Source of the DNA: Dehalococcoidia bacterium
GTDB taxonomy: Bacteria; Chloroflexota; Dehalococcoidia; Lucifugimonadales; UBA2985
Direction of reading: 5' to 3'
DNA: 48,316 bases
NCBI GenBank assembly: GCA_015661155.1
Contig: JACVQK010000020.1
Coordinates: forward strand, 1-48,316
Positions 40,436 through 48,316 of this stretch are shown here, in pieces (position 1 is the stretch's first letter; the number at the start of each line of letters is the position of its first letter). Below the pieces are notes generated by a model that was not told the DNA's origin, made no database searches, and was given only the letters and a program-made list of their open reading frames with translations. The position numbers and the translations under genes were made by a program.

Positions 40436-40585
40436 TTAGCAGGGTGCTGAAAAATCCTGTCGACCATCCCCCTAGCCCCCTTCCTGGCCAGGAAGGGGGC
40501 TGAAATTATATCTGGGGGCCACCCCCAGACCCCCGTCAAAGGGGCTTCGCCCCTCTGCACTCCCCATTTTCCAGCAGCCTGTTAG
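40436..40585. mobile_element. MITE/REP-like element, family A
   Basis: TTAG-CAGGGTGCTGAAAAA ... TTTTCCAGCAGCCTG-TTAG (4-bp direct repeat); abuts dapL stop. Confidence 0.85.
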
Positions 40586-41754
40586 GTTGGATCGGGGATG
40601 TGCCAGGATGCCAGGCGTGCCAGTCCCCTCTCCATCTGGTCGTCGGCGATGGTGAGGGACAGGCGGATGTACCCCTCGCCGTGCCTGCCGTAGCCGGCTC
40701 CGGGAGTGACCACGATACTCTTCTCCTCCAGCAGCAGCGTGGCGAACTCTCCCGACTTCCACCCCTGGGGCAGCTTGGCCCAGACATAGAGGCTGGCCCT
40801 GGGAACAGCCACCTCCAGCCCTATCCCTCGCAGGGTCGCCACCACCCTGTCCCTGCGCCGCTGGTAGATTCGGTTGTGCTCCTCAATGCACTCCTGGGGG
40901 CCTCGAAGGGCCTCTATGGCGGCGTACTGGATGGCCTGGGGTATGCCAGAGTCCAGGTTGGACTTGACCCTCATGAGGGCGTTGACCATCTGGGCGTTGC
41001 CTACCGCCATGCCGATGCGCCATCCCGTCATGTTGTAGCTCTTGGAGAGGGAGTGGAACTCCATTCCCACCTCTTTGGCCCCGGGCGTCTGGAGGAAGCT
41101 CCCTGGCCTGTATCCGTCGTAGGCCACCTCGGTGTACGGGGCATCGTGGAGCACTGGGACGCCGTACCGCCGGGCGAACTCCACCACCTTCTGGAAGAAT
41201 CCCTCGTCGGCCACTGCCCCTGTGGGGTTGTTGGGGTAGTTGAGCCACAGGGCCCTGGCCCTTCGCGCCACCTCCGGTGGGATGGCATCCAGGTCCGGGA
41301 GCCATCCGTTCTCCTCCAGGAGGGGCATCCAGTGGCACTGGCCCCCGGCGAAGAGGGTTCCTACGGAGTAGACGGGATAGCCGGGGTCTGGGACCAGGGC
41401 AATATCCCCGGGGTCGATGAAGCAGAGGGCGGCGTGGCCGATGCCCTCCTTGGCCCCTATGAGGGGCAGCACCTCCCTGTCCGGGTCCAGGGTCACCCCA
41501 AAGCGGCCCTCATACCAGTCGGCGATAGCCCGTCGCAGCTCCGGGAGGCCCTCGGTCTCCGGGTAGCGGTGATTAGGAGGGTCATTGCTTGCCTGGTGCA
41601 GGCGCTCCAGGATGTGGGAGGGGGTGGGGATGTCGGGGTCGCCGATGGCGAAGGTGACCACATCGGCACCCTCGGCCCGTTTACGGGCTATCTTGCGGCT
41701 GATCTCCACGAACAGGTAAGGCGGGAGCTGCTCTATGCGATTAGCGAATTTCAT
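40582..41754 (-). CDS. dapL: LL-diaminopimelate aminotransferase
   Basis: LPPYLF, IGDPD, NYPNNPTG, SLSKSYNMTGWRIG, KSNLDSG; adjacent to dapF. Confidence 0.9.
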   Translation of the reverse strand: MKFANRIEQLPPYLFVEISRKIARKRAEGADVVTFAIGDPDIPTPSHILERLHQASNDPPNHRYPETEGLPELRRAIADWYEGRFGVTLDPDREVLPLIGAKEGIGHAALCFIDPGDIALVPDPGYPVYSVGTLFAGGQCHWMPLLEENGWLPDLDAIPPEVARRARALWLNYPNNPTGAVADEGFFQKVVEFARRYGVPVLHDAPYTEVAYDGYRPGSFLQTPGAKEVGMEFHSLSKSYNMTGWRIGMAVGNAQMVNALMRVKSNLDSGIPQAIQYAAIEALRGPQECIEEHNRIYQRRRDRVVATLRGIGLEVAVPRASLYVWAKLPQGWKSGEFATLLLEEKSIVVTPGAGYGRHGEGYIRLSLTIADDQMERGLARLASWHIPDPT

Positions 41755-42080
41755 CGTCTGTGCTGCTCCTTACCGTGAATCTTCGGTGTCATGAAAATCT
41801 CCCGCATGACCTCCACCACCCTCTCCCGGATCTGCCCTTCCCAGAACATCGCCATCAACGGTAAGTTCGCCTCCAACTTCACGTCCTTTTCCCCCACGAC
41901 CAGCCAGCCTGAAACGACAGCTCCCCTTGCCCTGAAGGAGAAGGTCAACCGGTTCTCCTTCCACTCCTGCCGGACATCAGTTACCTCCGAACCAAAGCGG
42001 GCTATCAGCGTGGAGCTGTGGGTCTTCAACTCCTCCTGGGCTAGGGCACTGGTGGTCCCGTGGGGAAAGACAACCTTCAT
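41751..42080 (-). CDS. Polyhydroxyalkanoic acid system family-like small protein
   Basis: VVFPH...W.ENRLTFSF.ARG..VSG.L.V...V.L...LP pattern; ATGA-coupled to dapL. Confidence 0.65.
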   Translation of the reverse strand: MKVVFPHGTTSALAQEELKTHSSTLIARFGSEVTDVRQEWKENRLTFSFRARGAVVSGWLVVGEKDVKLEANLPLMAMFWEGQIRERVVEVMREIFMTPKIHGKEQHRR

Positions 42081-42104
42081 GAACTCCTCACCGTCATATC
42101 CCTT

Positions 42105-42953
42105 TCACCCATTCCACTCGCCCTCGAAGACCTCCTCCGCGGGGCCTTCCAGGTACACCTGCCCCCGGCCGTCCCAGGCGACGGTGAGGACGCCCCCAGG
42201 CAGAGTTATGTCAACTTCGTCGTCGGTGTAGTCGTGCAGCCGGGAGGCCACGGCGATGGCGCAAGACCCCGTGCCGCAGGCCAACGTCTCCCCCACCCCC
42301 CGCTCCCATACCCGCGCCGAGAGATGGCCCGGGTCTCCCACATTGACGATGGAGAAATTGACCTGATTGGGAAACAGAAGGTGGTGCTCCACCAGAGGCC
42401 CGATCAAGGGCAGGGGGAACTCCCCCACCGGCGCGTCCAGGAAGGCCACGGCATGGGGGTTGCCCATCCCAACGAAGGTCAGCCTCAGCTCCACGCCCTC
42501 GACCGTCAGGGGGTAGTCCAGCGCCGGCTCGTCGGAAGCGCCCCCTGGAAGGGCCACGGGAACCCTGTCAGGACGCAGCTCCGGCTTACCCATAGCCACC
42601 CGGGCCCGGATGACCCTGCCGTCGTGCCAAATGGGAACCAGGGCACGCACTCCCGCCAGGGTCTCCACCTCAAGGGGGCTCTCGCCGCGTCTTACGATTC
42701 CCCGCTCCAGGACGTACTTGGCCAGGCAGCGAATGCCGTTGCCGCACATCTCCGCCTCGGAGCCGTCGGGGTTGAACATGCGCATTCGCGTATGGGCCGA
42801 GCTGGAGGGTAGCACCAGGAGGATGCCGTCGGCTCCCACTCCCAGGCGGCGGTGGCACATGGCCCTGGCCAGGGAAGGCCAGTCGGCGTCGAGGTCCCGA
42901 GCGTCTATGAGGGCGTAATCGTTGCCCGCACCGTGCATCTTGGTGAACTTCAC
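42105..42953 (-). CDS. dapF: Diaminopimelate epimerase
   Basis: KFTKMHGAGND, EMCGNGIRC, MGNPH, ERGVGETLACGTG; GTG 42953 after AGGAGG. Confidence 0.96.
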   Translation of the reverse strand: MKFTKMHGAGNDYALIDARDLDADWPSLARAMCHRRLGVGADGILLVLPSSSAHTRMRMFNPDGSEAEMCGNGIRCLAKYVLERGIVRRGESPLEVETLAGVRALVPIWHDGRVIRARVAMGKPELRPDRVPVALPGGASDEPALDYPLTVEGVELRLTFVGMGNPHAVAFLDAPVGEFPLPLIGPLVEHHLLFPNQVNFSIVNVGDPGHLSARVWERGVGETLACGTGSCAIAVASRLHDYTDDEVDITLPGGVLTVAWDGRGQVYLEGPAEEVFEGEWNG

Positions 42954-42964
42954 CGAGTCTCCTC

Positions 42965-43114
42965 CTAACAGGGTGTTAAAAACTCCTTCGACCATCCCCC
43001 TGGCCCCCTTCCTGGCCAGGAAGGGGGGAGAATTTGAATCTGGGGGACACCCCCAGACCCCCGCCAGAAGGGGCTTTGCCCCCTCTGGACTCCCCTTTTC
43101 CCGCATCCAGCTAG
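42965..43114. mobile_element. MITE/REP-like element, family A
   Basis: CTAA-CAGGGTGTTAAAAA ... TTTTCCCGCATCCAG-CTAG with the standard hairpins. Confidence 0.8.
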
Positions 43115-43143
43115 ATTTTACCATAGTCCGCTCTGGCCCGCTC

Positions 43144-43246
43144 ACTGGGCTTAGCCCAGACCCACACCTCACTAACCGTAAAACATGGTCAGACTAAGGC
43201 AGTCCCGACGTGTCGGGATTGAGTGTGGGTGCAGAGCTCTCCCTGC
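43144..43246 (+). repeat. REP-like module B, core type 1
   Basis: CTGGGCTTAGCCCAGACCCACAC, AACCGTAAAACATGGTCAGAC, GTGTGGGTGCAG. Confidence 0.78.
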
Positions 43247-43333
43247 CTAGAGGTGTTCCATCTCCCTGGGCGGTGTGCTAGGATGTTCTCTGGAGGGCCG
43301 AAGGCAAAGAAGGAGCACCCGCAGGAGAAATCA

Positions 43334-44599
43334 TTGAAGGTCATGGTGGTAGGCAACGGAGCCCGGGAGCACGCCCTCGCCTGGAAGATAAGGCAGAGCC
43401 GCGATGTGAGCGATCTGTACGTGGCCCCTGGGAACGCCGGAACCTCGGCCATGGCCACCAACCTCCCTGTATCCGCCACGGACCTGGAGGGCTTGGCCCA
43501 GGCAGCTCTCCATCATGGGGTAGACTTCACCGTTGTGGGGCCTGAGACGCCCCTGGCCGCGGGCATCGTGGACTGCTTTCAGGAGAGAGGGCTGGCCATC
43601 TTTGGCCCCACCAGGAAGGCAGCCCGCATCGAGGGCAGCAAGGTCTTTGCCAAGGAGCTGATGGTGCGGCACGGCATCCCCACAGGACGTGCCGAGGTGT
43701 TCGACTCCTATGACAAGGCTTGTAGTTATGTCAAGGCGCAACCCCTTCCCATAGTGGTGAAGGCGGACGGTCTGGCCGCGGGGAAAGGGGTGACGGTAGC
43801 GAAGAGCGTGGAGCAGGCTGTGAGGGCGCTAAAGGAGTGCATGGTGGAGCGGGTGTTTGGCCCCGCGGGAGATCGGGTGCTGGTGGAGGAGTGCCTCGTC
43901 GGGAGAGAGGTGAGCGTGTTCGTCTTCACCGACGGGGAGAGCATGTCGCCCATGGTAGCGGCCTGCGACTACAAGCGTGCCCATGACGGCGATGAGGGGC
44001 CAAACACGGGAGGCATGGGCAGCTACAGCCCGCCGGAGTTCTGGAGCGCAGCTCTGGAACGGGAGATTCAGGAGAGGATCATGAGGCCAACGGTGCGCGC
44101 CCTCGCCCAGCAGGGATGCCCTTTCAAGGGCATCCTCTACGGCGGCATCATGTTGACGGAGAATGGCCCCCAGGTGGTGGAGTTCAACTGCCGTCTGGGA
44201 GACCCGGAGACCCAGGTCATCCTGCCGCGCCTCTCCTCGGACCTGGTGGAGATACTCCTGGCCGTGACTGAGGGCAGGCTTAACAAAACGCCAATAGAGT
44301 GGAGCGCAGAGGCCTGCGTGGGCGTTGTGATGGCCTCTGGGGGCTATCCCGGCAGCTATGAGACCGGTTTCCCGATAGCTGGACTCCCACAGGCAGAGAG
44401 GCGCGGGCTTGTGTTTCACGGCGGCACAAGGGTCGCGAGGGAAGGAGCGCCTGGGGTGCTATCCGATGGTGGCCGGGTGCTGACGGTGGTGGGAAAGGGG
44501 CAAAGTCTGCGGCAAGCCAGGGCCCAGGCGTACGAAGGGGTTGCTCAAGTCCACTTTGAGGGCGGCTTCTACCGCAAGGACATCGCCGCCGGTATCTAA
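43334..44599 (+). CDS. purD: Phosphoribosylamine-glycine ligase
   Basis: GNGAREHA, VVGPE, KADGLAAGKGV, GPNTGGMG, EFNCRLGDPE; TTG start after AGGAG. Confidence 0.97.
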   Translation: MKVMVVGNGAREHALAWKIRQSRDVSDLYVAPGNAGTSAMATNLPVSATDLEGLAQAALHHGVDFTVVGPETPLAAGIVDCFQERGLAIFGPTRKAARIEGSKVFAKELMVRHGIPTGRAEVFDSYDKACSYVKAQPLPIVVKADGLAAGKGVTVAKSVEQAVRALKECMVERVFGPAGDRVLVEECLVGREVSVFVFTDGESMSPMVAACDYKRAHDGDEGPNTGGMGSYSPPEFWSAALEREIQERIMRPTVRALAQQGCPFKGILYGGIMLTENGPQVVEFNCRLGDPETQVILPRLSSDLVEILLAVTEGRLNKTPIEWSAEACVGVVMASGGYPGSYETGFPIAGLPQAERRGLVFHGGTRVAREGAPGVLSDGGRVLTVVGKGQSLRQARAQAYEGVAQVHFEGGFYRKDIAAGI

Positions 44600-44639
44600 A
44601 CCCGCTAATGTCTCGTCATGCAAAGAGAACAACACATGA

Positions 44640-44785
44640 GGGTGCAGGGGGCGAAGCCCCCGCCGGGGGTCTGGGGGTGTCCCCCACTGGGCCATGGCCC
44701 AGACCCACACCTTACGAACCGTAGAATATGGTCAGACCAGGGCAGCGACAGTTAAGTGTGGGTGCAGGGCGTGCCCTGCACCCAC
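44640..44785 (+). repeat. Partial family A hairpins + module B, core type 1
   Basis: GGGGGCGAAGCCCCC, CTGGGGGTGTCCCCCA, CTGGGCCATGGCCCAG, GAACCGTAGAATATGGTCAGAC, GGGTGCAGGGCGTGCCCTGCACCC. Confidence 0.8.
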
Positions 44786-44801
44786 TCCTGCAGGAGGCAC
44801 C

Positions 44802-45659
44802 ATGAGGCTGGGAGCCCACGTTTCCACCGCCGGGGGCCTGGATAAAGCCATCGACAGAGCTCAAGGGATAGGCGCTGAGACCATCCAGGTCTTCGTATCC
44901 TCTCCCCAGGGATGGGCCTTCAAACCCATACCGTCAGGAGTAGCAGCGGCCTTTCGAGAGAAGGCCGCTGCCGCGGACATAGGCCTCACCTTCCTTCACG
45001 GCATATACCTGATTAACCTGGGCAGCCCCAACCAGGAGGGCCTGGACAAGTCCGTTCAGGCCCTCATCAGTTCCATGCAGGCGGCGGGGGAGATCGGGGC
45101 TGCCGGAGTCATCTTCCACGCCGGTAGCCACCGGGGAGCCGGTTTCCAGGGCGTCTTCGACCAGGTGGTGAGGGCCATGGAGCAGGTGCTAGAGACATCT
45201 CCGGAGGGCGTCTGGCTCATCATCGAGAACAGCGCCGGCATGGGGCAGCACATCGGCTCCAGCTTCCAGGAGATAGGCCAGATGACCAAGGCCCTGGCCT
45301 CTCCCCGGGTGAAGGTGTGCCTGGACACCCAGCACTCTTTCGCCGCGGGGTATAACGTGGTCGAGGAGGATGGCTTAAATCGGGCCCTGGAGGAGTTTGA
45401 TAGGGAGATAGGGCTACTCAACCTGGTGGCCGTCCACGCCAACGACAGCAAGGTGCCCTTCGCCTCCGGGGTGGACCGCCACGAGAATATCGGCCAGGGC
45501 CACATGGGCCTAGAGGGATTTCGCTGTATCATGAGGCATTCCGCCTTCAGGGATGTCCCCTTCCTGCTGGAGGTGCCGGGGGTCGAGGGCAAAGGGCCGG
45601 ATAAGGCCAACCTGGACATCCTCAAGGGACTGCGTGAAGAGGTGGGTGCAGAGAGCTAG
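44802..45659 (+). CDS. nfo: Endonuclease IV
   Basis: GAHVSTAGG, HGIYLINL, ENSAG, CLDTQH, HANDSK...DRHENIG. Confidence 0.95.
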   Translation: MRLGAHVSTAGGLDKAIDRAQGIGAETIQVFVSSPQGWAFKPIPSGVAAAFREKAAAADIGLTFLHGIYLINLGSPNQEGLDKSVQALISSMQAAGEIGAAGVIFHAGSHRGAGFQGVFDQVVRAMEQVLETSPEGVWLIIENSAGMGQHIGSSFQEIGQMTKALASPRVKVCLDTQHSFAAGYNVVEEDGLNRALEEFDREIGLLNLVAVHANDSKVPFASGVDRHENIGQGHMGLEGFRCIMRHSAFRDVPFLLEVPGVEGKGPDKANLDILKGLREEVGAES

Positions 45660-45819
45660 CAGTCTGTTGGAAAAGGGGAGTGCAGAGGGGCGCAGCCCTT
45701 TGACGGGGGTCTGGGGGTGTCCCCCAGACTGGGCTTAGCCCAGACCCACATCCCACAGACCCTGAGTTCGGCTTGCCTATGAATGCCTCTGAGGAGTGTG
45801 GGTGCAGGGCTCGCCCTGC
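45656..45819 (+). mobile_element. Family A left end + module B (core type 2)
   Basis: CTAG-CAGTCTGTTGGAAAA starts at nfo TAG stop; CTGGGCTTAGCCCAG; core GACCCTG...ATGAATGCCTCTGA. Confidence 0.8.
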
Positions 45820-45832
45820 TGGAGGAAAAGCC

Positions 45833-46198
45833 TTGAGGCGCGAGGAGTTCGAGGAGCTGGTGTTGGACGCCATCCAGGAGCTACCCCAGGAGATACTGGC
45901 GCGTCTGGACAACGTGGCCGTGGTGGTCCAGCGATGGCCCAGCCGGGACCAGATGATGGAGGCAGGGATCGAGCACGAAGACGAGCTCTTCGGGCTGTAC
46001 GAGGGCATCCCCCTGACCGAGAGGGAGAGCTACAACCTGGTCCTGCCGGACAAGATCACCGTCTTCCAGGGGCCCGTGGAGGCGGCATGCCGCTCCCGGG
46101 AGGCGATGGCCCTGGAGGTCAAGGTCACTGTGGCCCACGAGATAGCCCACCACTTCGGCATCGACGACCGGCGACTGGAGGAGCTGGGACTGGGGTAG
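45833..46198 (+). CDS. Zincin-like metallopeptidase family protein
   Basis: LFGLYEGIPL, PDKITVF, HEIAHHFG; TTG after GGAGG. Confidence 0.9.
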   Translation: MRREEFEELVLDAIQELPQEILARLDNVAVVVQRWPSRDQMMEAGIEHEDELFGLYEGIPLTERESYNLVLPDKITVFQGPVEAACRSREAMALEVKVTVAHEIAHHFGIDDRRLEELGLG

Positions 46199-46212
46199 GG
46201 GGCGAGATGGCG

Positions 46213-46479
46213 CTAGCTCCGGGGAATCACCTCTTCAACCTCGTACCGGTAGCTCTCTATCACCGGGTTGGCCAGCAGCTTGCGGCACATCTCCTCCACC
46301 GCCGCCTCAGCCAGGGTACGCTCCGGGCTGCTCAGCTTTATCTCCAGGTACTTGCCCGCCCTCACCTCGGTGGCCAGGTCAAAGCCCAGGGTCTTCAACC
46401 CCCCCAGGATGGTCTTGCCCTGGGGATCGTTGACCGTGGGCTTGAGAGTGACGTAGACCCTGGCGAGAAACACGGCCAT
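46213..46479 (-). CDS. purS: FGAM synthase subunit PurS
   Basis: VTLKPTVNDPQG, VRAGK, MCRKLLANPVIE. Confidence 0.95.
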   Translation of the reverse strand: MAVFLARVYVTLKPTVNDPQGKTILGGLKTLGFDLATEVRAGKYLEIKLSSPERTLAEAAVEEMCRKLLANPVIESYRYEVEEVIPRS

Positions 46480-46484
46480 CTCCC

Positions 46485-47034
46485 TTACTTGAAGCTCTCC
46501 GGCCCCCGGCCGATGTGCTCCTGGATGAACTTCTCGACCCTCACCTTGTCGAACTCTTCAAAGGTGTCTATCCAGCCCCAGGCGGTCAGGGCGATGGTGG
46601 AGTCCATGTTGGGGTATGGGGCCAGAGCCACTCCCTCCGGATAGGAGATCACCACCTGCTCCAACTGCTGCACCAGATCAGGGCAGACCTCGGGGCAGCT
46701 GTACTGCACCATGATACCGCCACGCTCCAGATAGGAGACCTGCACCTCGTCCTCCAAAGGCTCCTCCTGGACTCCCCAGGAGATGTCCTCAAGAGGGATG
46801 TCGTAGCGCCAACCGGAGGTGGGGGGGGTAGTGTTATAGAGCAGGTGGTCCTGGCCCACCTCGATTTGCTCGTTCCCCTGGACAAGTACCTGGAGCCCGG
46901 CCCCCGAAGAGGAGGGCGTGGTTCAGGGCGTACCTGACGATTCGGCGGCGAATTTGCTTCTTGCCACGCCGCGCCTCACGGGCCTGGGCCCGCAGATGAG
47001 CCTTCTGCCTGCGCTCTCGCTCCCTGGCTGCCAT
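46485..47034 (-). pseudogene. DUF3105-like membrane-anchored protein, frameshifted near 46920
   Basis: Basic N-terminus (ATG 47034, TAATG-coupled to purC) then frame change to YNTTPPTSG...IALTAWG...GRGPE; TM segment missing. Confidence 0.7.
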
Positions 47035-47957
47035 TAGCCTCCTGCCTTTCCGAGGACAACCCATCTCTTGCCGGTAATGCGCTCATAAGCCTCTATATAC
47101 CTGGTACGGGTCTTGTCCACCACCTCTGACGGCAGCTCCGGCGCGGGAGGCTCCCTGTCCCATCCGCTGGCGATGAGCCAGTCCCGCACGTACTGCTTGT
47201 CGAAGTTGGGTTGAGACCTGCCCGGCTCATAGAGCGACGCATCCCAGAAGCGGCTGGAGTCCGGTGTGAGAAGCTCGTCAATAAGGATCAGCTCTGTTCC
47301 CATAAGTCCAAACTCCACCTTGGTGTCGGCGATGATTATGCCCCTGGACAGGGCATGGTCGCGGGCGTACTGATACACTCGGATGCTTACGTCTTCAAGC
47401 CTCTGCGCCATCTCTTCGCCCACCATGTCCCTCACGTCACGGGGGCTCATGGGCAGGTCGTGGCCGGTCTCCGCTTTGGTGGTTGGGGTGAAGATAGGCT
47501 GAGGGAAGGGGTCGCCCTCCCTCAGACGCGCGGGCATAGCCCTGTCTCCCACCGTGCCGCTGGCCTGATACTCCGCCCATGCAGAGCCTGCCATGTACCC
47601 CCGAACCACGCACTCCATGTCGATGCGCTCCGCTTTCTTCACCACCATGGCCCTGGCGGCGATGTCCGGGGAGAGGGATGCCGGCAGCAGCTCTCGTAGC
47701 TTCCCCAGACCCTTCGCATCGTCTCCCAGGGCCACCAGGTGATTGGGGACAATATGCCTCGTCTTATTAAACCAGTAGGCCGAGAGGCGGGAGAGCACCA
47801 GCCCTTTCTGGGGGATGGCCGTGGGCAGCACCACGTCGAAGGCGGAGATGCGATCCGTGGCAATCATGAGCAGGAGGCCCTGGCCCAGGTCGTAGGTGTC
47901 CCGCACCTTGCCCCGGTGGAGGAGGTTGGGGAGATGGGTTTCAGCAACAATTGTCAT
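47034..47957 (-). CDS. purC: SAICAR synthetase
   Basis: GKVRDTY, TDRISAFD, ECVVRGY, ADTKVEFG, DELLTPDSSRFW, FDKQYVRDWL. Confidence 0.97.
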   Translation of the reverse strand: MTIVAETHLPNLLHRGKVRDTYDLGQGLLLMIATDRISAFDVVLPTAIPQKGLVLSRLSAYWFNKTRHIVPNHLVALGDDAKGLGKLRELLPASLSPDIAARAMVVKKAERIDMECVVRGYMAGSAWAEYQASGTVGDRAMPARLREGDPFPQPIFTPTTKAETGHDLPMSPRDVRDMVGEEMAQRLEDVSIRVYQYARDHALSRGIIIADTKVEFGLMGTELILIDELLTPDSSRFWDASLYEPGRSQPNFDKQYVRDWLIASGWDREPPAPELPSEVVDKTRTRYIEAYERITGKRWVVLGKAGG

Positions 47958-48157
47958 GACAACATCTCAGATGAATCTTGCTTAATGAGACTGACTTTCT
48001 GCATTACGACAATCCTCTCATGTTTCGTTGTCTTTGTTCTACGTCTCGACCTGCGTATGTCTGGGATTTCATCGGAGTATATAGACTTCGTTATGAATTG
48101 GCCATCACTTACCTCGCGGGCCAGTTCGGAGATGATGCTGGCTGTATTCCTTTTAAC
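47954..48157 (-). CDS. 3' fragment of an AT-rich gene, possibly a DNA methyltransferase C-terminus
   Basis: Lower GC; ATGA overlap with purC start; ...NTASIISELA...HERIVVMQK; weak resemblance only. Confidence 0.3.
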   Translation of the reverse strand, partial: VKRNTASIISELAREVSDGQFITKSIYSDEIPDIRRSRRRTKTTKHERIVVMQKVSLIKQDSSEMLS

Positions 48158-48316
48158 ACCGTTGCGCTCGACATCACCCCTCACATGGAATTCATGGCTA
48201 CGTTCCGCATTCTGATGTGGGGGGCCATGGCGGTTGCGGTGGGTGTAATGGCCCTCCTCGGCTGGCTCGTGGCGCGGAGCGGTCTGCGCCCGCTGCGCGA
48301 GGTGGTCTCCACCATA
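48158..48316 (+). pseudogene. Internal fragment of a sensor histidine kinase (TM2-HAMP, CusS-like)
   Basis: TVALDITPHMEFMATFRILMWGAMAVAVGVMALLGWLVARSGLRPLREVVSTI; its N-terminal sensor region is absent. Confidence 0.55.

Noticed and set aside
40408-40560. Long N-terminal extensions of hflX (and similarly hemW, dapF, purD, nfo, zincin) in the ORF track
   Set aside because: They are open frames through repeat elements; RBS-supported or homology-consistent starts lie downstream
13390-45819. Repeat-core-repeat modules as a CRISPR array
   Set aside because: Copies are dispersed and degenerate, cores recur instead of being unique, and there are no cas genes

Overview
GC-rich bacterial chromosomal window. 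Gene content and order suggest Chloroflexota, probably Dehalococcoidia/SAR202-like (inference). Housekeeping blocks (ilvC-leuA-leuC; hemW-ychF; holA; dapF-dapL-hflX; purD, nfo, purS, purC) surround a ~15 kb nitrogen-oxide respiration island: PAS/GAF/BTAD activator, small protein, diheme cytochrome c, narG/nxrA-narH/nxrB-narJ-narI, two NarK-type transporters, hemerythrin and metF. From recalled sequence, the catalytic subunits look like the cytoplasmic Nitrobacter/Nitrolancea-type NXR/Nar clade, not enterobacterial Nar. Non-coding highlights: (i) a modular MITE/REP-like family with YTAR-flanked inverted ends, abutting a stop codon in six cases, plus a second module with two alternative cores; (ii) a 28-bp dif-like site and scattered XerD-arm-like half-sites (AGTTATGTCAA), some inside genes; (iii) a structured leuA 5' leader; (iv) a 26-bp duplication of the ilvC 3' end bracketing a broken Mrr-like nuclease. 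Several genes have internal deletions or frameshifts and the right end looks chimeric, so assembly quality needs checking. No rRNA, tRNA, CRISPR array or intact transposase was seen.
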